Of a stretch of 64,000 bases of DNA, positions 27,980-36,950 are shown in pieces. The translations under genes were made by a program, and so were the position numbers. The notes beneath the pieces were generated by a model. That model searched no databases, was not told where the DNA came from, and saw only the letters and a program-made list of their open reading frames with translations. The first letter of the stretch is position 1, and each line of letters opens with the position of its first letter. This stretch comes from an uncultured Fibrobacteraceae bacterium. GTDB lineage: Bacteria; Krumholzibacteriota; Krumholzibacteriia; LZORAL124-64-63. The stretch lies in contig CAZJWO010000002.1 in assembly GCA_964549735.1 (NCBI GenBank), forward strand, positions 27,358 through 91,357, in the 5' to 3' direction.

Positions 27980-30454
27980 TCATTTCAACAGCGTGACCTT
28001 GCGCATCTGGCGCTCGCCGTCCTGCTCGAGCACGCAGAAGTAGATGCCCGACGGCGCCAGGCGCCCGCGCAGATCGGTGCCGTCCCAGTGCACGCTGTGC
28101 GCGCCCTCGCCGTGCCAGCGGTCGCGCAGGGAGCGGACCAGCACGCCGCGCACGTCGTAGATCTTCAGGCTGGCCGGCCCGCTGCGCGGCAGGTAGAAGG
28201 GGATCCAGGTGACGGGATTGAACGGGTTGGGATGGTTCTGGCCCAGCAGCAGGCCCGGCGGCAGGGCGCCGGCGGCCATGTCCTCGACGGCCGTAACGAC
28301 CCCGATCGCCCCGAGGATGCGCAGCTTGCCGAAGCCCCACCAGTCGTTGTAGACCTCGCCGGTGAACTCGTCCTGCAGGGCGCTGCTGGCCAGCCGGTCC
28401 TCGATCTCGGCGACCGGCGCGGCGGGGAAGGCTTGCCGGACGAGCGCCGCCGCCGCCGCGACGTGCGGACCCGCCGCGCTGGTGCCGCTGAACTGGCGGT
28501 AGCTGCCCAGCGGGTAGCCCTGCGCAGTCTGGTGGGACATCGTCGTGTAGACGTCGTAGTTGCCCGGCGAGACGATGTCCAGCAGGTGCTTGCCGTCGAT
28601 GCGCGCGCCACGCCCGCTGAACTCGCTGAGCGCTCCGGGCGGGATCGAACCGCCGCCCGGCCCGAACGAGCTCTCGAAGCCGCGGGTCGAATAGGACCCG
28701 TTGCAGAAGGCACTGTCGGCGGTCGCGGGCCAGGTCACGTTGCGGTCGTTCGAGACGTGGGCCGTGAACTCGGCGCCGTCGGCCCATGACGAGCGGTTGT
28801 CCGCCACGTTGCTGATCACCTCGATGGCCCCGCCGGTCGGGTTGCCGACCAGCAGCTGCCAGGCGCCGTTGACGTGGGGGTTCTGGTCGCGGTCGATGAA
28901 GAGGTCGAGCTTGTTGGTGCCGCGCGGGCTCGTGTCGCGGCTGCTCCACACGTAGTATCCGTCGACGTCCTGGGCGCCGCCGGTGATGGGGATCTGGCCG
29001 CCCAGCGGCGAGGTCAAGGTGAAGGCGAGGTCGCCGACGCCGGTGCGCCAGAGGGTCGTCCAGTAGAGCACGCCCAGGTCCTGGCCGCCGAACGGCACGG
29101 CTCCGACCGGCAGGTTCACGCTGCCGCCGGCCGGCGCGACCGCGATCGCGTGCTTGCCGCCGCGGGCGAGGTTGCCCGAGGGCGTGATCTGGATGATCGT
29201 CTCGTTCTCGATGGAGATGGCCTGCTCGTCGAGCGTCGTGCCGTCCAGGAAGCGCCAGACGAAGCCCCCGAACTCGTAGAGCATGACGTCGGCCTCGTGG
29301 GCGCGCGCCCACGGGATCAGGTACGAGATGGGCACGCCGCTGAAGAAGTAGCCGGCGAGCAGTTCGGCGTCCGGCGCGATGCCCGCGAAGCGGTGGCGCC
29401 CGCGCTCGCCGCCGGAGACGATGCCCATGACCGCGGTGCCGTGCCCGTTGACGTCGGGGTCGGAGTGGATGAGATCGACGCCGCGCACGCGCTCGACCGT
29501 GCCCGAGCCGACCGTCGCGTAGATCTTCGACGTGCCGAGCTGCACGAGGCGTTCGCCGGCGTCCAGCACGCCGTTGCCGTTCGCGTCGAGGGCGATGAAC
29601 AGAGGTTCGCCGAAGCCGGGATCGCTCTCGGCGTAGCCGGCCGCGGGGCCGTAATCGCGCACGCCGTTGCCGTTGGTGTCGGCGTAGAGCCAGTCCCAGT
29701 AGGTCTGCAGGACGCCGTCGTCGTTGGACGGCGCGCCGCCGCCCCAGACCTGCGCCCAGTCGAGGATCCAGCCGTCGCGCAGGCGCAACTCCTCGCCGGG
29801 GTCGAACACGCCGTTGCGGTCGAGATCGACGTAGGCCTGGCCGTCGACGAACACGCCCGTGCCGCTGAGGTCGTGCCAGTCGAAGGTGTCGCCGTCGGCG
29901 AAGAAGAACGACGGATGGAACACGTCGATGCCGGTGTCGAAGTCGGCGACGCGGGTCCCCTTGCCGGTCAACGGATAGCCGAAGGGGTCGGTGTAGCCCC
30001 AGGCCAGATCGGCCTCGATCTCCGGCACCGAGACGTCGAGCGTCGGGAAGACCGCGGGCGCCCAGGCGGCCTCCACGCGCAGCACCTCGCGGCGCTGCGC
30101 GAAGGCGGCGACCTCCGACCACGGGATCTGCACCGGGTAGATCGCGCGCGTGCGCGCGATCTCGCCCTTGACGCGGAAGAATCCGTAACCGCGCGCCTCG
30201 AAGTCGGCGATCTGCGCCGCCGACAGCTCGCGATCGAACGCGACTGTCACGGTCACGCGGTCCGCCTGCAGGATGTCGCGCACCTCGGCGTCGAGCGAGG
30301 CCGCCTTGTGCGGCGCGGCGCGCATCTCCAGCAGGAAGCGCAGCGACGAGTCGACCGGCGCCTGTTCGGCGGCGGTCGCGGCGACCGCTGCCGGTCCGCT
30401 GGACAAGGGCGCCAGGACCGCGAGGATCAACGCGATGACGGCGGATCGATGCAT
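27980..30454 (-). CDS. Secreted subtilisin-like serine peptidase (S8 family) with C-terminal T9SS-type / FlgD-Ig-like domain
   Basis: Signal peptide MHRSAVIALILAVLAPLSS. Catalytic triad motifs DTGIDVFHP (Asp), HGTAVMGIVSG (His), GTSAAGPHVAAAAAL (Ser). C-terminus NHPNPFNPVTWIPFYLP...HSVHWDGTDLRGRLAPSGIYFCVL...MRKVTLLK. Confidence 0.85.
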   Translation of the reverse strand: MHRSAVIALILAVLAPLSSGPAAVAATAAEQAPVDSSLRFLLEMRAAPHKAASLDAEVRDILQADRVTVTVAFDRELSAAQIADFEARGYGFFRVKGEIARTRAIYPVQIPWSEVAAFAQRREVLRVEAAWAPAVFPTLDVSVPEIEADLAWGYTDPFGYPLTGKGTRVADFDTGIDVFHPSFFFADGDTFDWHDLSGTGVFVDGQAYVDLDRNGVFDPGEELRLRDGWILDWAQVWGGGAPSNDDGVLQTYWDWLYADTNGNGVRDYGPAAGYAESDPGFGEPLFIALDANGNGVLDAGERLVQLGTSKIYATVGSGTVERVRGVDLIHSDPDVNGHGTAVMGIVSGGERGRHRFAGIAPDAELLAGYFFSGVPISYLIPWARAHEADVMLYEFGGFVWRFLDGTTLDEQAISIENETIIQITPSGNLARGGKHAIAVAPAGGSVNLPVGAVPFGGQDLGVLYWTTLWRTGVGDLAFTLTSPLGGQIPITGGAQDVDGYYVWSSRDTSPRGTNKLDLFIDRDQNPHVNGAWQLLVGNPTGGAIEVISNVADNRSSWADGAEFTAHVSNDRNVTWPATADSAFCNGSYSTRGFESSFGPGGGSIPPGALSEFSGRGARIDGKHLLDIVSPGNYDVYTTMSHQTAQGYPLGSYRQFSGTSAAGPHVAAAAALVRQAFPAAPVAEIEDRLASSALQDEFTGEVYNDWWGFGKLRILGAIGVVTAVEDMAAGALPPGLLLGQNHPNPFNPVTWIPFYLPRSGPASLKIYDVRGVLVRSLRDRWHGEGAHSVHWDGTDLRGRLAPSGIYFCVLEQDGERQMRKVTLLK

Positions 30455-30492
30455 GACGGAACACTCCCGGGTCTAGAGGCGGCGACGGGCCC

Positions 30493-30524
30493 GGGACCAT
30501 GGTCCAGGGCCCGTCGGTTGCGGT
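30493..30524. repeat. 32-bp near-perfect palindrome GACGGGCCCGGGACCATGGTCCAGGGCCCGTC between the metalloprotease-like and S8 genes
   Basis: Only two symmetric mismatches. Lies 29 nt after one stop and ~70 nt before the next start. No U-tract follows on the minus strand. Confidence 0.5.
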
Positions 30525-30552
30525 CGGTCGGAGCGCCTCGGGGCGCCGCCGC

Positions 30553-33500
30553 CTACCGGGCGAGGATCATCTTGCGGGTCGCCGTCTGGCTGCCCGCTTG
30601 CAGGCGGGCCAGATAGGCGCCCGAGGAGACGGCGCGGCCTGCGTTGTCGCGGCCGTCCCAGACCAGCGAACGTTCGCCGGCCGGCAGATCTCCGGCGAAG
30701 AGCGAACGCACCAGCCGGCCCTGCAGGTCGAGGATGTCGACCTTCGCCTGCCCGGGCTCGGCCAGGCTGAAGGACAAGGTCGTCAACGGATTGAACGGGT
30801 TCGGCGCGACCGAGCGCAGCGCGAAGGCGTGCGGCGTGTCGCCGACCGCGGTCTGGGGATCGACGACGGTCAAGGTCACCGGCACGACGTCCGCCGACGA
30901 ATCGGCGTTGCTGACGATGACCACGTACGCGGTGTAGTCGCCGGGCGTCAGGCCCGCGCTGTCGAAGCTCAGCTCGATGATCTGGCTCTGGCCTTGCCCG
31001 AGCGCGGCGGAGTCCGGCGCGATCGCCAGCCAGTCGACCGTCTCGTAGACCCAGAACGGCGCCTCGCTCTGGCCGGTGTGGAGGCCGTCGGTGCTGCCGA
31101 CGCGCAGCAGGCAGTTCTGCGACGCGGGGCCGCCCAGGACGAGCGACTGGGAGCCGTCGTTCGGCGTCGACGCGAGCAGGGTCTGCCAGCTGCCGCCGCC
31201 GTTGCGGCTCAGCTCGATCTTGACCTCGCTCAGCAGCGTGGCGTTCCACTGCACCAGGGTCGGCAGCTGGGCCGCCAGTACCTCTCCGCCGTTGGGCGCG
31301 ATGACGCCGACCTCCGGCTGCGCGACGCCGCAGCAGTCGACGTCGGCCCAGATCAGCCAGTTGCCGGCGAAGCCGTAACCGGCGACCACGTCCTGCCAGC
31401 CGGCGCCCCACTGGTTGTAGTTGACGCAGGTCGCCGGGGAGGAGTCGACCGGGATGCCCACCGGGCCGGCGGCGTTCGTGAACTCGAAGATCAGGAAGTA
31501 CTCGCTGCCCATGTCCTGGCAGGCGAAGTCGCAGGGGATCTCGATGTCGTAGTAGCCGTTGGACGGGATGCCCGAGACGGTGATCGGCGCCGAAGAAGCG
31601 AGGATGGTCCCCGGCCCTGTGCACGGTTCGCCGGCAGCGGCCAGGTGCGCGCGCACCTGCGGCGCCGAGGTCGTCTGCAGGTAGAGCACCATGTGCACGG
31701 CCCGCACGTTGAAGCCGGGGTTGCAGCCGCACGTGTAGTCCGCGGGGTCGATGCGCGTCGCGTAGGATTCGTTGCCCTCCCACCAGCTGCCGTAGTAGCC
31801 CTGGATCCCGGCCAGGTTGTTGTTGCCGAAGAGGCAGTCGCCGTCGTAGCGCATGGCGCCCTGCAGTTCAGCGGTCGACAGATCGCGGCCCAGAAGCTCG
31901 GGCAGCGTCTTGTCGACGCCGGCATGGCCGGGCTGGCCCAGCCCCGCGGCACGCTGCGCCTTGGCGACCGGCGCCTGGGTCATGACGTAGGCCGTGAAAT
32001 CGAGGATCGACCCCGCCTCGCCGCTGTTGGTGACGGTCAGATAGTCCACGTCGGTCTGGTTCGGCTCCAGCGACGGCGCGAAGGAGGCGCTGCTGAGCTG
32101 GACCGCCGGCTCGGGCTGCGGCGCGACCTTGCTGAGGGTCAGCGACCAGGTCTTGTTGTCGCCGGTGATGGCGGCGTTCGACATCACGATGCCGACGCGC
32201 TCGATCTGGGCCAGCGGCACGCTGAGCTGCACATCGGCGTCGTTGGTCGCGTTCAGGCCGACCGTCTCCAGCAGGCCGGTGCCGTCCCGCTTCTTGATGA
32301 CGGCGACCAGGCCCAGCGTGGCGGTGTCGTCGCCGTCGAACTGCACGCGCAGATGGCCGGGTTCGCCGGCCGTGAAGCCGATGCAATGGAAGTTGCGGGC
32401 CGAAAGGTGGTTCATGGTGCCGCTACTGTTGTACGGATAGCTGTTGACCGTCGTCGCCGAGCTCGTGGGATAGGACGCGGCCTCGCTGTAGCCGATACCG
32501 GGGATCGACCGCGCACCGCTCGCGTAGTTCCAGGCGGCGTACTGCGGGAAGCCCTGCGCGATCGACGAGCCATAGGCCTGCAGAATGACGTTGTAGGACA
32601 CGAGGACGGCCTGGCCCGTGTTGGTGGAGCGATGGGTCCAGAAGTCGACGATGATCTGGTTGGTGAAGGTCTCGCTCATCCAGAACTGCCAGATGCAGTC
32701 ATCGTAGGAGCCCGTGCCGCCCTGGTCGAGCGAGGACTGCGGATGGCTGATGCCGCTGCCGGAGCTGATGTAGTTGTAGTAGTCGTTGGTCGCGTCGAAG
32801 ACGATGTCCTCCATCCAGGTGGCGTCGACCTCGACCCAGCCGCCCTCGCTCCACAGCGAGGTGGCGCGCTGGGAGGCGTGCTTGAACTCGTGCGCGCAGG
32901 TGACCTTGGCCGCGCCGAGCTGGTTGCCGTCGGGATCGGTGTTCGGCGGGAAGCCGATGAAGTTCCGGTGCAGCACGATGCGGGTCCGCGTACCGGTCAC
33001 CACGGTGGTGTAGCCGTAAGCCGACATGTTCTCGAAGGAGATCTCGTAGTACGGGTTCAGCGGCGGCGCGGTGAACCCCATGTTGGTGATCTCCACCAGC
33101 CAGGAATAATCGAGGTACTCGGCGCACCGCTCGACGAAGTCCGGAATTCCATTGGCCGGATTGACATCCGTCGTCGGCACGGCGTGGGTGCCGGTCGTCT
33201 CGTACGTGAGCCGGAACCTGCCGGACGGGCTGATGTAGGTCGCCCTGCTCTCGCCGAGTTTCGGCGCCAGGTAGAGCTCGATGGTCTCGATGGTCCGCCG
33301 GTCGAGGTCGGCGCGGTCGCCTTCGAACGCGGCGATGAGCCCGGTTGCCGATTTGATCGGTGTCACGTCGTCGGGCCGGAATTCCGCCGGCAGATTATCG
33401 ATGTCGAAGACGTAATAGAACTTGTAGAGCAGCGCCTGCTCGGCATCGATCTTGCCCTCGGCCAGGGCCTCTTCGATGCGCGAGAACTGCGGCGTCGATG

Positions 33501-33564
33501 CGTGGGCGACGGCCGCGAAGAGCAGCAGAGCTGCGGCGACGGCCAGCATGAACGAACGGAACAT
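30553..33564 (-). CDS. Large secreted protein (~1003 aa) with HExxH zinc-metallopeptidase motif and C-terminal T9SS-type / FlgD-Ig-like domain
   Basis: Start at MFRSFMLAVAAALLLFAAVAHAS (AGGAGG RBS). HEFKH at VTCAHEFKHASQ. C-terminus APNPFNPLTTLSFSL...LVWDGRDNAGRAVSSGAYLARL...TRKMILAR. The 46 codons upstream in track ORF 30553..33702 are discarded. Confidence 0.7.
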   Translation of the reverse strand: MFRSFMLAVAAALLLFAAVAHASTPQFSRIEEALAEGKIDAEQALLYKFYYVFDIDNLPAEFRPDDVTPIKSATGLIAAFEGDRADLDRRTIETIELYLAPKLGESRATYISPSGRFRLTYETTGTHAVPTTDVNPANGIPDFVERCAEYLDYSWLVEITNMGFTAPPLNPYYEISFENMSAYGYTTVVTGTRTRIVLHRNFIGFPPNTDPDGNQLGAAKVTCAHEFKHASQRATSLWSEGGWVEVDATWMEDIVFDATNDYYNYISSGSGISHPQSSLDQGGTGSYDDCIWQFWMSETFTNQIIVDFWTHRSTNTGQAVLVSYNVILQAYGSSIAQGFPQYAAWNYASGARSIPGIGYSEAASYPTSSATTVNSYPYNSSGTMNHLSARNFHCIGFTAGEPGHLRVQFDGDDTATLGLVAVIKKRDGTGLLETVGLNATNDADVQLSVPLAQIERVGIVMSNAAITGDNKTWSLTLSKVAPQPEPAVQLSSASFAPSLEPNQTDVDYLTVTNSGEAGSILDFTAYVMTQAPVAKAQRAAGLGQPGHAGVDKTLPELLGRDLSTAELQGAMRYDGDCLFGNNNLAGIQGYYGSWWEGNESYATRIDPADYTCGCNPGFNVRAVHMVLYLQTTSAPQVRAHLAAAGEPCTGPGTILASSAPITVSGIPSNGYYDIEIPCDFACQDMGSEYFLIFEFTNAAGPVGIPVDSSPATCVNYNQWGAGWQDVVAGYGFAGNWLIWADVDCCGVAQPEVGVIAPNGGEVLAAQLPTLVQWNATLLSEVKIELSRNGGGSWQTLLASTPNDGSQSLVLGGPASQNCLLRVGSTDGLHTGQSEAPFWVYETVDWLAIAPDSAALGQGQSQIIELSFDSAGLTPGDYTAYVVIVSNADSSADVVPVTLTVVDPQTAVGDTPHAFALRSVAPNPFNPLTTLSFSLAEPGQAKVDILDLQGRLVRSLFAGDLPAGERSLVWDGRDNAGRAVSSGAYLARLQAGSQTATRKMILAR

Positions 33565-33758
33565 GAGATCCTCCTGAAGTTGGAAACCGGTCGCGGAGCC
33601 TCGACGAGCAACGGAACCGGGCCCCGGACCGACCCGCGGCGTTACGACGAGCCTCACTAAGATACCACGTTTTTCTTTCAAATTTATCACAAACCTACCC
33701 AAAAAGACGCGATGTCACGCCTTAATCGATATTGAATATCATCAGACGGGTGGATTCG

Positions 33759-34736
33759 CTATTCCGAATACAGCTCGATCGATCCCCCCGCGGCAGCGGA
33801 CCGGTAGCAGCCGTCGACGATCTCCAGCGTGCGCAGGCCATCGACGGCCGTGACCGGCACGGCGGCGCGGCCGAGCACGGCGTCGCGCCAGGCGGCCAGG
33901 ACCCCGGGCAGCGTCGGCGCCGCGCCGTCGTACTCCTCGCGAACTTCCTCGCGCCCCCGTCGCCAGACCAGGCTGGCGCCGAGGTAGTCGACCGCCAGCT
34001 GCCCTCGCTCGCCCACCGCCTCGAGCCAGCAGGCACGGCTCTGGGTGTACTTGCTGACCTCCAGGCTGACCCAGCAGCCGTCGTCGAGCTCGGCGCTGGC
34101 CAGGAAGAGGTCCTCGACCACCGGATTGAGCACCCGCCGCTGCCGCGAGTCGATGCGGGCGAACTCGCGGCCGGTCAGCCAACGCGCGAGATCGAAGATG
34201 TGGACCCCGGTCAGGAGCACCGAGCCGCCGACGGTCTCGGCGATCGCGCGTTGCCAGGCGAGCGTGGTCGGCTGCAACCGTTGCGCGAGACGCACGAGGT
34301 GCACCCGGCCCAGCTCGCTCCACAGCGCGCGGGCGCGTTGCAGGGCGGGATGCCAGCGCAAGGTCTGGGCGACCATCAGGCTCGGCGCCGACGGCCTCGC
34401 CGCCAGGTCCGCCAGCTCGCGCGCTTCGGCCAGGGTGCCGGTCATGGGCTTCTCCACCAGGACCGGTTTGCCTGCGGCCAGCGCCCGCGCCGCCAGTGGG
34501 AAGTGCGTGCTCGGCGGCGTGGCGATGATGACCGCGGCGATGCGGCGATCGGCGAGGAGATCGTCCGCCCGCCCGATCCAGCGGATGTCCAGCTCGGCCG
34601 CCAGGCGGCGGCCGGCTACTTCGTCGCGGCGGCACAGCGCGACGGCCCGCAGTCCGGGGACGTCCCCGCGCGCGATATGCCGCAGGTAGCGGGCGCCGTG
34701 CGTGCCGGCGCCGATGACTCCGACGTCGATGGTCAT
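33759..34736 (-). CDS. Gfo/Idh/MocA-family NAD(P)-dependent oxidoreductase
   Basis: N-terminal VGVIGAGTHGARYL Rossmann motif and EKPMTGTLAEAREL typical of the family. Start at MTIDVGV. Confidence 0.8.
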   Translation of the reverse strand: MTIDVGVIGAGTHGARYLRHIARGDVPGLRAVALCRRDEVAGRRLAAELDIRWIGRADDLLADRRIAAVIIATPPSTHFPLAARALAAGKPVLVEKPMTGTLAEARELADLAARPSAPSLMVAQTLRWHPALQRARALWSELGRVHLVRLAQRLQPTTLAWQRAIAETVGGSVLLTGVHIFDLARWLTGREFARIDSRQRRVLNPVVEDLFLASAELDDGCWVSLEVSKYTQSRACWLEAVGERGQLAVDYLGASLVWRRGREEVREEYDGAAPTLPGVLAAWRDAVLGRAAVPVTAVDGLRTLEIVDGCYRSAAAGGSIELYSE

Positions 34737-34910
34737 GGCGACAGGTCCGCTCCCGAGCGACGGGACTGCGGCCGGGAACACTCTCCGGCTTGCCCGCGGC
34801 CCTCGCTTGCTTGTAACCTGTCCGGGGCGGCCGGTCAACCAGCACCGAGGACGGCCGCGCCGGACGCGGGCCGTTCGCTCGCCGACAACTCCGAGCCCAG
34901 GAGTACCGCC

Positions 34911-35492
34911 ATGCCCGTCAAAGTGCTCGCGCTCGCCGGATCGTCCCGCCGAGGCTCTTTCAACCAGCGCGTCCTGCGCATCGGGATGCGCGCGGCCGAA
35001 GGCGCCGGTGCCGACGTCGCGTTCATCGACCTCAAGGACCTGCAGCTGCCGCTCATGGACCAGGACCTCGAGGCCGCGCAGGGCCTGCCGGCGGGCGCCC
35101 AGCGCTTGAAGGAGGCCCTCGCGGCGGCCGACGCCCTGCTCGTCGCCACGCCGGAATACAATGCGAGCTACCCGCCGCTGCTCAAGAACGCGCTGGACTG
35201 GGCGTCGCGCCGATCCGGCGACGAGAAGCCCCTGGTCGCCTTCGCGGGCAAGACGGCGGGCCTGCTCGCGGCCTCGCCGGGCGTCCATGGCGGCATGCGA
35301 GCGCTGCTGGTGCTGCGCTCCCTGCTGCAGAACCTGCAAGTCCTGGTGCTGCCGGCGATGGCGGCGACGCCCGCCGTGAAGAACGAGAGCTTCGACGCCG
35401 CCGGCGATCTGCGCGACGCCGCCGCGCAGCAACGCATCGAGACCGTCGCGCGCGACCTGGTCGCCCTGACCGCGCGGCTGCATGGCCGCTGA
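34911..35492 (+). CDS. NAD(P)H-dependent FMN reductase (flavodoxin-like fold, ArsH/ChrR/SsuE-type)
   Basis: MPVKVLALAGSSRRGSFNQ...LLVATPEYNASYPPLLKNALDWAS signature of NADPH-dependent FMN reductases. Confidence 0.75.
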   Translation: MPVKVLALAGSSRRGSFNQRVLRIGMRAAEGAGADVAFIDLKDLQLPLMDQDLEAAQGLPAGAQRLKEALAAADALLVATPEYNASYPPLLKNALDWASRRSGDEKPLVAFAGKTAGLLAASPGVHGGMRALLVLRSLLQNLQVLVLPAMAATPAVKNESFDAAGDLRDAAAQQRIETVARDLVALTARLHGR

Positions 35493-35514
35493 CATCGCGA
35501 ACCGAGGAGGCAAC

Positions 35515-35895
35515 ATGTCCCGCAAGATCATCGCGACCGACAAGGCGCCGGGCGCCATCGGGCCCTACAACCAGGCGGTCGCCGCCGGCGGCTTCCTGTT
35601 CACGGCCGGGCAGATCCCCATGGACCCGGTCACGCTGCAGATCGTGGGCGCGACCGCGGCCGAACAGGCGCGGCAGGCGTTGCGCAACGCCCAGGCGGTC
35701 GTCGAGGCCGGCGGCATGGCGCTGGCCGATGTCGTCAAGGTGACGGTGTTCATCCGCGACATGAAAGAGTTCGCGGCCATCAACGAGGTCTACGCGCAGT
35801 TCTTCCCCGCGGACCAGCCCGCCCGCTCGGTCGTCGAGGTCTCGCGCCTGCCGAAGGACGTGCTGGTCGAGGTCGAGATGGTCGCGCACCGCTAG
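35515..35895 (+). CDS. RidA/YjgF-family reactive-intermediate deaminase
   Basis: KAPGAIGPYNQAV...GQIPMDP...VVKVTVFIRDMKEFAAINEVYAQFF...PARSVVEV; 126 aa; GAGGAGG RBS. Confidence 0.85.
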   Translation: MSRKIIATDKAPGAIGPYNQAVAAGGFLFTAGQIPMDPVTLQIVGATAAEQARQALRNAQAVVEAGGMALADVVKVTVFIRDMKEFAAINEVYAQFFPADQPARSVVEVSRLPKDVLVEVEMVAHR

Positions 35896-36098
35896 CCCGG
35901 ATCGATCAGGAGGGGCCGCGGCGGGGAACGGGGAACGGACTTGATCTCCGGTGTTCTCCGTGCCATCTTCCGTCTGACAACGCGATAACAGGTCCGAAAT
36001 TCTCCGAGCCCTGATCCCTACGGGCGCCCGCCTAGGGGACTGGGCCGACAGGGTCGTGCTGGAAACGGCACGGCCTCCCGCGGGAAAGGAGAAAGGCC

Positions 36099-36950
36099 AT
36101 GCCGCGCGCCGGCGTCATCCCCTTCGCCTATCTGACTCCGATCGTCCTCTCGGCGCTGCTGCTGGCCGCCTGCGGTTCAGAGGACGATCCCGCCGCTCCG
36201 ATCGACCGCGGCGAGTACGTCCTCGTGCATCACGACGGTGATTCCCTGCGGGTGTACCTGGACGAACTGCCCAGCGTGCAGATCGACGGCCAGGATGTCA
36301 TCTATCTCGACGATTTCGTCAGCCAGGACCTGCTGCCGCCGTATCAGGCCGCCGCAATCCGGCACGACACGCGCGCTCTCTACGCCTACGAGATCGAGGG
36401 CGCCGACGGGTTCTCGGCCCATGGCAGGCGCGGCTATCCGAACAACACCTGGGACCAGATGCCTCTCGGATACCTCGTCAAGTCGACCCGGCGCGCCATC
36501 TTCCCCGACGAGGCGATCGATCTGCCGGGCGCCTACAACGTCAAGGATGTGCGCCATGTGCGCGTCTGGCGCAAGTTCGACGTCGAGATCGCAGCCGCCG
36601 ACACGACCGTGTTCTACGAGTTGCGCCGCCTGGAGGATCGGACCGCCGACATCGCCTTTCCGCCGGTGGGCGACGAACAGCACGCACAGGTCCTCGCCGC
36701 GATCCCCCTGGCCGCCTTCATCGAGCGTCTGGTGGCCGACGAGCGGCTCGACGATCCGTCCGGGCACGCCTACCGCCTGACGGCCATCGACGGCGCCGTG
36801 ACCCCGGGTCTTCTGGACTGGCAGCAGATCCAGACGGGCTACTGGCTGGTCGCGACGTCGCGCACGCGATTCACGGGTCCCGGACTGCTGGAACCGGGCT
36901 ATCGGCTGACCCATCTGCGACGGATATCGGTCGAGGCCTCCGCCCCATGA
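36099..36950 (+). CDS. Lipoprotein of unknown function
   Basis: Lipobox LLLAAC|GS after a hydrophobic N-terminus. The stop overlaps the start of the TonB-dependent receptor (ATGA). Confidence 0.5.
   Translation: MPRAGVIPFAYLTPIVLSALLLAACGSEDDPAAPIDRGEYVLVHHDGDSLRVYLDELPSVQIDGQDVIYLDDFVSQDLLPPYQAAAIRHDTRALYAYEIEGADGFSAHGRRGYPNNTWDQMPLGYLVKSTRRAIFPDEAIDLPGAYNVKDVRHVRVWRKFDVEIAAADTTVFYELRRLEDRTADIAFPPVGDEQHAQVLAAIPLAAFIERLVADERLDDPSGHAYRLTAIDGAVTPGLLDWQQIQTGYWLVATSRTRFTGPGLLEPGYRLTHLRRISVEASAP

Noticed and set aside
33565-33758. Bacteroidetes-type promoter (TTTG ... TAnnTTTG) upstream of the metalloprotease-like gene
   Set aside because: A TAAATTTG element exists on the minus strand in this AT-rich spacer, but no correctly spaced -33 TTTG is present, and strong AGGAGG RBSs elsewhere argue against Bacteroidetes-style expression signals.
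35896-36098. Possible riboswitch (cobalamin or TPP) in the 5' region of the lipoprotein / TonB-receptor operon
   Set aside because: No B12-box (GCCACTG-like) or TPP (CUGAGA) core sequence could be found by eye. The region is GC-rich without the expected conserved loops.
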